From Octopus sinensis (taxonomy: Eukaryota): a stretch of 30,875 nucleotides of DNA. Both the position numbers and the translations under genes were made by a program. Positions 21,594-30,875 of this stretch are shown piece by piece (position 1 is the first letter of the stretch; every line of letters starts with the position of its first letter). The notes beneath the pieces were generated by a model that did no database searches, was not told the DNA's origin, and was given only the letters and a program-made list of their open reading frames with translations. Location: the NCBI RefSeq assembly GCF_006345805.1, contig NW_021832470.1:1-30875 (forward strand), in the 5' to 3' direction.

Positions 21594-21816
21594 GGCGGCG
21601 AGCTGGCCACAATCGTTAGCACGCCGGCCGGAATACTTAGCGGTATTTCGTTCTGAGTTCAAATTCCGCCGAGGTAGACTTTGCCTTTCATCCCTTCGGG
21701 GCCGATTAAATAAGTACCAGTTAGGCACTGGAGTCGATGTAATCGACTTAATCGCTTTGTCTGTCCTTGTTTGTCCCTTCTGTGTTTAGCCCCTTGTTGT
21801 GGATAGTAAAGAAATA
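21594..21816 (+). mobile_element. SINE family B, complete single copy with 16-bp TSD
   Basis: TSD GATACTTAAAATTTAG at 21575-21590 and 21817-21832. Confidence 0.95.
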
Positions 21817-22426
21817 GATACTTAAAATTTAGGGAAGTATTCTTTACATCGTTGTTTGAACTATCTCTAATGTTATCACTAAAAGTCTTTTTAAAAATAG
21901 GCATGACCACCACAGTTTCCTATTTCCTTTTCTATCTATCTGTCTATCTGTCTGCCTGCCTGCCTGTCTGTCTGTGTGTGTGTGTGTGTGTGTGGTGTGT
22001 GTGTACTGGTTTCATACGCATGTTAAGAAAGCTATTCATTTAATCTAGTTTCGTATGGCTGGTTTACAAGTAACACTAACAACCACACACACTCAAATCA
22101 GCTACGTTGCTTCCTATTTCCTATTATTCAGAGCCACAACAATTCATATCTGAGGGAGGTAGACCAGAATGACCTAGTGTGACCTGATTGTCACGTTCAC
22201 CGAAAGCAATGTTGAATCGGCTAAACAAAAAAAAAAATTATTTCTTTTTCCTGAGAGCGTGGGTTAACAAAGAAGAATATATAACAAAGGCGAAAGAAAT
22301 TTCACAGGTTAACGTCCAAACAAAAACAATAATATCCTGTGTCAGTCCTCTGTATTTTGAACGCAAGCTGGTATTTTCAAACTGAAATCTATATTTGTCT
22401 TCATACTGAGTTATTTTTGTCCTATT

Positions 22427-23087
22427 GTTCTCGTTTCAGTCATTCGACTGCGGCCACACTGGAGCACCGCCTTGAAGGGTTTTAGTGGAACTAATCGACC
22501 CCATGACTTATTTCTTATGCCTAGTACTTATTCTCTCGGCCTCTTTTGCCGAACCGCTAAGTTACGGGAACGTATACACACCAACACCTATTTCTTTACT
22601 ACCCACAAGGGGCTAAACACAGAGGGGACAAACAAGGTCAGACAAACGGATTAAGTCCATTACACCGACTCCTGTGCGTAACTGGTACTTAATTTATCGA
22701 CCCCGAAAGGATGAAAGGCAAAGTCGACCTCGGCGGAATTTGAACTCAGAACGTAGCGGCAGACGAAATACTTCTAAGCATTTCGCCCGGCGTGCTAACG
22801 TTTCTGCCAGCTCGCCGCCTTCAACACACCAACACCGGTTGTCAACTGGTGATGGTGTGGTCGGGGACAAATACAGACACGAAGACACACACACACACAC
22901 TCACATAGATTTATACATACACATATATATATGGCGGGCTTCTTACAGTTTCTGTCTACAAAACCTACTCACAAGGGTTTGGTCGGCCCGATGCTAGAGT
23001 AGAAGACATTTGCGCAAGGTGCCACGCAGTGAAATTGAACCCGGAGCCATGTGTTTGGGAAGCAGGCTTCTTACCACACAGCCACGC
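22427..23087 (-). mobile_element. SINE family A interrupted by a SINE B insertion
   Basis: A tail at 22427-22588 and the remainder at 22824-23087. Confidence 0.85.
22589..22819 (-). mobile_element. SINE family B nested in SINE A, 13-bp TSD
   Basis: ACACACCAACACC at 22576-22588 and 22824-22836. Confidence 0.92.
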
Positions 23088-23189
23088 TTTTGCATAAATA
23101 TTGTAACTCGGGTTGAAAATGCACAGGTAATCTGACATTCATGGATACGGAAACTTTTACTTATTCTTTATAATACAGGTCAAACGTAA

Positions 23190-23686
23190 GGCGGAGAACT
23201 AGCAGAAACGTTAGCACACCGGGCGAAATGCTTAGCGGTATTTCGTCCGCCGTTACGTTGTGAGTTCAAATTCCCCGAGGTCGACTTTGCCTTTCATCCT
23301 TTCGGGGTTCGATAATTAAGTACCAGTTATGCACTGGCGTCGATGTATCGACTTAATACCTGTCTGTCCTTGTTTGTCCCATCTGTGTTTAGCCCCTTGG
23401 GGTAATAAATAGGTATTCACATGTCGCTGCGTTCCGAGTGCAAATACCGCCGAGGTCGATTTTGCCTTTCATCCTTTCGGAGTCGATAAATTAAGTACCA
23501 GTTATGCACTGGCGTCGATGTAATCGACTTAATACCTATGTCTGTCCTTGTTTGTCCCATCTGTGTTTAGCCCCTTGTGGGTAGTAAAGAAATAGGTATT
23601 TCGTTTGCCGATACGTTCTGAGTTCAAATTCCGCCGAGGTCGGCTTTGCCTTTCATCCTTTCGGAGTCGATAAATTAAGTACCAGT
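23190..23686 (+). mobile_element. SINE family B, one head + about 2.5 tandem bodies
   Basis: Bodies start near 23237, 23412 and 23595; the third stops at ...AAGTACCAGT and runs into (GT)n. Confidence 0.9.
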
Positions 23687-23734
23687 GTGTATGTGTGTGT
23701 GTGTGTGTGTGTGTATGTGTGTGTGTGTGTGTGT

Positions 23735-23969
23735 ATTCGTGTGTCTGTGTTTGTACCCCCCCCTCCCCACGAAGCAGCGCTTGACAACCAAAGTTGGTGT
23801 GTTTACGTCACCGTAACTTAGCGGTTCGGCAAAAGAGACCGATAGAATATAATAGTACTAGGTTTACAAAAGAATAAGTCCTGGAGTCGATTTGTTCGAC
23901 TGAAGGCGGTGCTCCAGCATGGCCGCAGTCAAAACGACTGAAACAAGTACAAGAATAAGAGAATAAAAG
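23735..23969 (+). mobile_element. SINE family A, 3' half
   Basis: GTGTCTGTGTTTGT...GGCGGTGCTCCAGCATGGCCGCAGTC...GAAACAAGTA; a further diverged tail fragment follows to about 24060. Confidence 0.85.
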
Positions 23970-24247
23970 TACTCGGATCGAGTCGTTCGACAAAACCGTT
24001 CAATTACGATAGCCCCAGCATGGCCGTAGTCCAATGACTGAAACAAGCAATGGATAAAAGTACGTGAAGACACATGGCCTGTTCTGATAGGTGTTCGGTT
24101 AGTGAACGTCGGTTCGTTCACTTCTCGAACCGAATAGCGCATAGTGTCTTTTGAACAGCGCATTTCATTTTACGCTGTTACGGTGAGTACCAGGGGAGAT
24201 AGAAAGTAAGAAGTGTTTATTGGAGGAGAAGTCAACCATGCGAGACA

Positions 24248-24261
24248 GTTACCAAGGAAAC
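24248..24261. promoter_or_regulatory. Putative RFX X-box GTTACCAAGGAAAC
   Basis: One mismatch to the palindromic consensus GTTNCCATGGNAAC, in non-repetitive CpG-containing sequence. Confidence 0.3.
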
Positions 24262-24377
24262 CGTCACTTTTCAAAGGAAAAAAATACCGAACGTGAAAAA
24301 AAAACAAAAAATGAACGAGTCGTATGGTTACCTGTCTTTTATCTTTTGCTTTCGGTTATCCTTTATCTTTTATGCTT

Positions 24378-24583
24378 TACGTGTATCAATCATTGGACTG
24401 TGGCCATGCTGGGGCACCACCTTGAAGGGTTTAGTCGAATAAATCGACCCCAGAACTAACTTCTAAGGCACGGGGACGTAAACAAACCACACCGGTTGCC
24501 AAGTGGTGGTAGGGCATACACACACAGACACACACTCACACACAGTACATATTACACTCATACATCTCTCTCTCTCTCTCTCC

Positions 24584-24630
<47 letters not shown>

Positions 24631-24649
24631 CTATCTATCTATCTATCTA

Positions 24650-24737
<88 letters not shown>

Positions 24738-24837
24738 AGTATATTTGCCATTTAAATATGGCTAACCCCTACGGGTGGATGCTATTGTAGTTTGTAGCCC
24801 CAGGAGGACACCTCCATATATATATATATATATATAA

Positions 24838-24901
<64 letters not shown>

Positions 24902-25058
24902 TACATACATGCATACATACATACATACGATCTGCTACCAAATCCACTCGCAAGACATTGTGTAGAAGATACTTGCCCAAGGTACGGTGCAGTATGACTG
25001 ATCCCAAGACCCCCATGATCGAGAAGCAAATTTCTTAACCACACAGCCACGTCTCCGC
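24378..25058 (-). mobile_element. Old SINE family A copy expanded by internal microsatellites
   Basis: Diverged tail at 24378-24540 and diverged head/core at 24931-25058, separated by (CT)/(TATC)/(TA) tracts and an 82-bp island. Confidence 0.65.
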
Positions 25059-25373
25059 ATAATTTGAGATAAGATCACAGAACACAGATTTCATAACTGA
25101 ATTTTAATTCCCACTGGATTCTGAAACGTAAAGGTATGTAATTAAATACTTGAAGCTAATTAGGTTAACGACCAACTGATTGTGACAGGCTCTATCCATG
25201 GAGAGACGTCGACCTTAGGAATGGCATGAATGCCACGGTTACTATTACCATTTAGTTTGTACCTAAACGACTCCGGTTTGGTGGTTACTCAAAGCGGAGT
25301 CCCATCCTTTGTCCGACATTCCTCTGCGATAGGAAGTCTTTACAGGAAGAGCGCACGGTGCTGAATTTGTGTA

Positions 25374-25436
<63 letters not shown>

Positions 25437-25485
25437 ATGTGTGTGTGTGTGTGTGAGGCGAATAAATTATGTATGTATGTATGTA

Positions 25486-25518
<33 letters not shown>

Positions 25519-25637
25519 ATATGTATGTATGTATGAATTATGTATGCATGTACGCATGTATATGTATTAGAAATGTATATATATAGATATATATGTAAAT
25601 AAATTAGTATTTATACACATACATACACACACACATA

Positions 25638-25702
<65 letters not shown>

Positions 25703-26055
25703 ATGTATATATATATATGTATATATAGTGTGTGTGTTATATATATATATATATGGCATACACCTATATAAGTTTATAGATGGCGATGACGATAGCATTA
25801 GACAATGTCAGTGATGTTTGGTCGATTTTTTATAGACCATCCCACTTCTATAAATATGTGGCCTTGTGCCAATGTAAGAATTATTCATTACTGTTTACAG
25901 TCAATGTAACATTTAAGGACGGGAGCGACGAGTTTGTCCGCCGCACCTCGGCAGTCAAAACCCACGCCTCGCCGCCACATTTACCGTTCGATGAACAATG
26001 TTGGATCGCCCGATTTTGGGATTACTTAGTTACTTTTTGGAGTTAAAAATCAGTT

Positions 26056-26277
26056 ACTCTTTACTATTTTACTTGTTTTTAGTCATTTGACTGCGGCTAT
26101 GCTGGAGCACCGCCTTTAGTCAAGCAAATCGACCCCGGGACTTATTCTTTGTAAGCCCAGTACTTATTCTATCGGTCTCTTTGCCGAACCGCTAAGTGAC
26201 GGGGACGTAAAACACCAGCATCGGTTGTCAAGCATGCTAGGGGAACAAACACAGACACACAAACACACACACACACC

Positions 26278-26343
<66 letters not shown>

Positions 26344-26500
26344 CGACAGGCTTCTTTCAGTTTCCGTCTACCAAATGCACTCACAAGGCATTGGTCGTCC
26401 CGGGGCTATAGCAGAAGACACTTGCCCAAGATGCCACGCAGTGGGACTGAACCCGGAACCATGTTGTTGGTTAGCAAGCTACTTACCACACAGCCACTCA
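26056..26500 (-). mobile_element. SINE family A, full length
   Basis: Head, core, internal (TA)n and tail. Confidence 0.92.
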
Positions 26501-26799
26501 TACAAATTCGTATAACCGTTAGATTTTAGTACCGCGCAGTATGTGTTCCAACTCTCTTCGTTCAGAGATCGAATGCTACTGCGCTCAGCTTTGCTTTTCG
26601 TTCTTTCTGGGTCAATCAATAAAAGATATCAATCAAACACGTTTGCTTGGCAGCAGTGTATAAAAATCACAACCTGATGTCTTCTGGGTTACTTGCGTGG
26701 TCGGCTTAGTCCGGTGTCCAGTTTAATGCCACCATCTGGCAATATCGGTGAACTGCCCGGTCTAAAGAGAAACTCAGAGAAGGCCGTCAATTTTAATAT

Positions 26800-26827
<28 letters not shown>

Positions 26828-26830
<3 letters not shown>

Positions 26831-26974
26831 TGGCGTAGGTAGAGTGTGTGCCCCCCCCCCCCCCGCCTGGACCGTACACAAAGCGCATATTACCTACAGC
26901 AGACCCAAAAGTACCGCCCCTTTAAAAGTGCTGCCCGGGCAGATCGGCCCTACCATCCCCTAGCTACGCTAGCG
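26828..26974. mobile_element. Small MITE-like element in a (TA)n tract
   Basis: Imperfect 11-bp TIRs CACTGGCGTAG / CTACGCTAGCG around a GC-rich 147-bp body, with TA repeats on both sides. Confidence 0.5.
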
Positions 26975-27000
26975 TATATATATATATATATATATATCTC

Positions 27001-27186
27001 GCACCTGTATTTCAAAGTGTTAGCCTTGGCACACTCTGTGTCACGCTGAATCTTCCTGAGAACTAACTACGTTAAAAGTACACGTATTTGTGGGGTGCTC
27101 AATCACGTGCACGTTTATTTCATGAGCAAACTGTTCCGTTGACCAGATCAACTAGAACCATTGTCGTCATGACCGACAGAGTCCCA
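27001..27186 (+). mobile_element. Probable 3' portion of a SINE (family C-related)
   Basis: GTGTCACGCTGAATCTT...CTGTTCCGTTGA...ACCGACAGAGTCCCA resembles an octopus SINE tail from recall only; it does not overlap the C copies in this window. Confidence 0.35.
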
Positions 27187-27427
27187 GTTATATATTATAT
27201 TATATCCAACATTGTTCATCGAACGGTAAATGTGGCGGCGAGGCGTGGGTTTTGACTGCCGAGGTGCGGCGGACAAACTCGTCGCTCCCGTCCTTAAATA
27301 TTACATTGACTGTAAACAGTAATGAATAATTCTTACATTGGCACAAGGCCACATATTTATAGAAGTGGGATGGTCTATAAAAAATCGACCAAACATCACT
27401 GACATTGTCTAATGCTATCGTCATCTT

Positions 27428-27829
27428 TTTCTCTTTTACTCTTTTACTTGTTTCAGTCGTTTGACTGCGGCCATGCTGGAGCACCGCCTTTAGTCGAGCA
27501 AATCGACCCCGGGACTTATTATTTGGAAGCCCAGTACTTCTTCTATCGGTCTCTTTTGCCGAACCGCTAAGTGACGGGGACGTAAACACACCAGCATCGG
27601 TTGTCAAGCAATGCTAGGGAGACCCACAAACACACCACACACATACATTATAATACATACATATATACGACAGGCTTCTTCAGTTTTACGTCTACAAATC
27701 CACTCACAAGGCATTGGTCGGCCCGGGGCTATAGCAGGAGACACTTGCCCAAGATGCCACGCAGTGGGACTGAACCCGGAACCATGTGGTTGGCTAGCAA
27801 GCTACTTACCACACAGCCACTCCTGCGCC
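27428..27829 (-). mobile_element. SINE family A, full length
   Basis: Complete head GGCGCAGGAGTGGCTGTGTGG, B box GGGTTCAGTCCC, core and tail. Confidence 0.93.
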
Positions 27830-27870
27830 TAAATATTATATATATATTATATTATATATTATATATATAT

Positions 27871-27909
<39 letters not shown>

Positions 27910-27914
27910 ATATA

Positions 27915-27971
<57 letters not shown>

Positions 27972-28075
27972 GTAGTTAATCCAAACATGAACAAAAGAGG
28001 AAAAACAACAACACCCGATGACGTGAAACAAGTATAGTGTTATTGGACGCTCTGGAAAGTAAAGAAAGAAGGAGG

Positions 28076-28110
28076 ATTTAACGTTTCGAGCGACGCTCTT
28101 CGTCAGAAAC
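28076..28110 (-). ncRNA. Minimal type-I hammerhead motif, canonical core
   Basis: GTTT-CTGACGA-A-GAGC(GTC)GCTC-GAAAC-GTT-AAAT, within a ~190-bp element related to 5408-5606. Confidence 0.6.
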
Positions 28111-28182
28111 ATAGAAAAAGAAAGATCCAAGGAAGGGAAGACGGAGGAAAAAAATCGCCAAAATCTGCATATACTTGCAGTA

Positions 28183-29174
28183 GTCAACGGAATTTGCACT
28201 CGGAACACAGCGACAGGTGAAATACCTATTTCTTTATACCCACAAGGGGCTAAACACAGAGAGGACAAACAAGGACAGACAAACGGATTAAGTCGATTAC
28301 ATCGACCCCAGTGCGTAACTGGTACCTATTCAATCGACTCCGAAAGGATGAAGGCAAGTCAACCTCGGCGGAATTGCACTCGGAACACAGGACAGTGAAA
28401 TACTATTTCTTACTACCCAACAAGGGCTAAACACAGAGAGGACAAACAAGGACAGACAAACGGATAAGTCGATTATATCGACCCCAGTGCGTAACTGGTA
28501 CTTATTTAATCGACCCCGAAAGGATAAAAGGCAAAGTCAACCTCGGCGGAATTTGCACTCGGAACACAGCAACAGGTGAAATACCTATTTCTTTACTACC
28601 CACAAGGGGCTAAACACATAGAGGACAAACAAGGACAGACAAACGGATTAAGTCGATTATATCGACCCCAGTGCGTAACTAGTATTTATTCAATCGACTC
28701 CGAAAGGATGAAAGGCAAAGTCGACCTCGGCGGAATTTGAACTCAGAACGTAACGGCAGACGAAATACCTATTTCTTTACTACCCACAAGGAGCTAAACA
28801 CAGAGAGGACAAACAAGGACAGACAAACGGATTAATCGATTATATCGACCCCAGTGCGTAAGATACTTATTTAATCGACCCCGAAAGGATGAAGGGCAAA
28901 GTCGACCTCGGCGGAATTTGAACTCAGAACGTAACGCAGACGAAATACCTCTTCTTTACTACACACAAGGGCTAACACAGGAGGACAAACAAGGACAGAC
29001 AAACGGATTAAGTCGATTATATCGGACCCAGTGCGCAACTAGTATCTATCAATCGACTCCGAAAGGATAAGGCAAAGTCGAGACCTCGGCGGAATTTGAA
29101 ATCAGAACGTAGCGACAGACGAATACCCGCAAGCATTTCGCCCGGCGTGCTAACGATTCTGCCAGCTCGCCACC
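28183..29174 (-). mobile_element. SINE family B, one head + five tandem bodies + partial sixth
   Basis: Unit boundaries at 28223, 28401, 28582, 28766 and 28946; single head at about 29126-29174. Confidence 0.92.
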
Positions 29175-29234
29175 TTAACGAATCCTCTAATAATGGACAA
29201 TGAAACACTCTTTCATTCGCATCAAACAAGGTAG

Positions 29235-29266
<32 letters not shown>

Positions 29267-29308
29267 TGTATGTATGTATGTATGTATGTATGTATGTGTG
29301 TATGTATG

Positions 29309-29339
<31 letters not shown>

Positions 29340-29350
29340 AAAGGTATATA

Positions 29351-29540
29351 GGCGCAGGTGTGGCTGTGTGGTAAAAAGCTTGCTTCTCAACCACATAGTT
29401 CCGGGTTCAGTTCCACTGTGTGACATATTAGGCTAGTGTCTCCTACTATAGCCTCGGGCCGACCAAAACCTTGTGAGTGGATTTGGTAGACAGAAACTGA
29501 AAAAAGCCGATGTATACATACATACATACACACGCGAGCA

Positions 29541-29579
<39 letters not shown>

Positions 29580-29822
29580 CACACACACACATACACACAC
29601 ACGCACGCATATTTGTGTGTGTATGTGTCTGTGTCGTCACCCCAACATCGGTTATTAAGCGATGTTGGTGTGTTTACGCCGATTGAAACTTGGCGGATCG
29701 GCAAAGGAGACGGATAGAATTATTAGTAGGCTTATAAAGAATAAATCCTGAGGTCTGCTTCTTCGAGCAAAGTAGGTGTTCCAGTATGGCCGCAGCAAAC
29801 ACCTGAAACAAGTAAAAGAATA
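29351..29822 (+). mobile_element. SINE family A, full length, diverged
   Basis: A box TGGCTGTGTGG, B box GGTTCAGTTCC, core (CORE-SINE-like, from recall), internal (CA)n and tail. Confidence 0.9.
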
Positions 29823-30875
29823 GATTAAAATAATGTGGTGTGTGTGTGTGTGTGTGCGTGTGCGTGTGCGTGTGCGTGTGTGTGTGCGTGTGTGTGTGTG
29901 TGTGTGTGTACACATATGCATGCGTGCACACACGTGAAGGCGCTTGAATCATTGTGTTCCTTCCGGTTTTGTAAGCATGCGTGTATTTATGATTGTAATG
30001 GCTACAGTAACTCCATCACAGTGCAACCAACCGGTTTCATTTTAACACACGATCTAGGATCAAATCAACGAACAAGTGAAAGTTTCGGACGTGAAAATGA
30101 AATAGCCTCCTGTAAATGACGGGTAATCGAAGAAGAGGTGCATACAAATGCAGTGACGGCTGTCATAGAACAATTGAAGCGTTTAGTAACAGACCGTCGT
30201 AAGCGCCACAACTTAAAAACCGAGTAAAACGCAGTCAATGTCTCGCGACTTTCAGAATGGGATATCTCGGCAAGGAATAGAGTTAGAAAGCTGGTTTTGG
30301 TATTAAAATGACCGTGAAGACCCCCTCTAATTATTCCACCTACGTCAAATTATTTATTTAAGCATGCATCTGAAAGATGAAATAATGACTGCATCTTTCT
30401 CATTTTGTAGAATATACCAGTACTACGAAACGGTGTATCGCATTGCATATTTTAGCTATAATACTTAGAAAAACACACAGAGACTCCCCCCATCCAAAGG
30501 CATTGTTTGTGTTTTAATATACCACGGTAAGTATCTTTAAGAGGTAAGTAAGACAAGATATTAAGATAATAGCCTATTATCGTTACAATGGTAACGGGGA
30601 ATATTAGAAAATGAGCCCTAACACCTCGACAAACGATACAGGGAACACACCAAAGTTATTGATTGAGCAAGTGTGCTTACGATGGTGTGTTACTAAACTC
30701 TATGATCCGAGTTTGGTTGAGCGTACGTCGTGTCAATAGTGTCGAAGTACAACTTATTGCAAGCCTCACCGGTTCTTCCTCCCAACTTTTTCGGATTCTA
30801 GACGTCGGGACAAAGAAAATGACAGACTAACCTGGCGAATGGCCAGGGTGGCACTTACAACACTCAGTTACTAAC

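Larger units (their letters stand above)
25785..27425. repeat. Inverted duplication, 222-bp arms 25785-26006 and 27204-27425
   Basis: The arms differ at one position that I could find (AATGTAACATTT vs AATGTAATATTT); 1197-bp spacer. Confidence 0.93.

Noticed and set aside
26722-26740. CTCF-like GCCACCATCTGG motif and a nearby minus-strand exon-like segment
   Set aside because: Two mismatches in the motif core, and all frames close or lack a good donor.
25785-27425. Interpretation as a single long-TIR transposon enclosing SINE A and a MITE
   Set aside because: No target-site duplication, and the arms end at unrelated repeats; kept only as an inverted duplication.

Overview
AT-rich, repeat-saturated animal genomic DNA (intronic or intergenic). 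It is most likely an octopus or other coleoid cephalopod; this is inferred from recall of the SINE families, not from a search. No complete protein-coding gene can be supported, and most ORFs in the supplied track are microsatellite read-outs. The only convincing protein homologies are dead transposons: a maT-type (DD37D) mariner, a Tc1 (DD34E), and three stacked 5'-truncated R4/Dong-like LINEs sitting in (ATT)n tracts. Three tRNA-headed SINE families, a non-autonomous Helitron and two MITEs are also present. Signals worth follow-up: (1) six minimal type-I hammerhead-ribozyme-like motifs of the Penelope type, all with a palindromic helix III, including one with a compensated G3:C8 core (GUGAACA) and two with a CUGUUGA core; (2) a Merlin-like MITE with an 8-bp TSD that carries an inverted copy of its own right end plus flank (about 250-bp near-perfect foldback with a 4-bp microhomology junction); (3) one SINE family repeatedly present as one head plus 2-5 tandem ~184-bp bodies, with two junction variants mixed; (4) a second, 222-bp near-perfect inverted duplication. 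SINE families are labelled A, B and C for convenience only.
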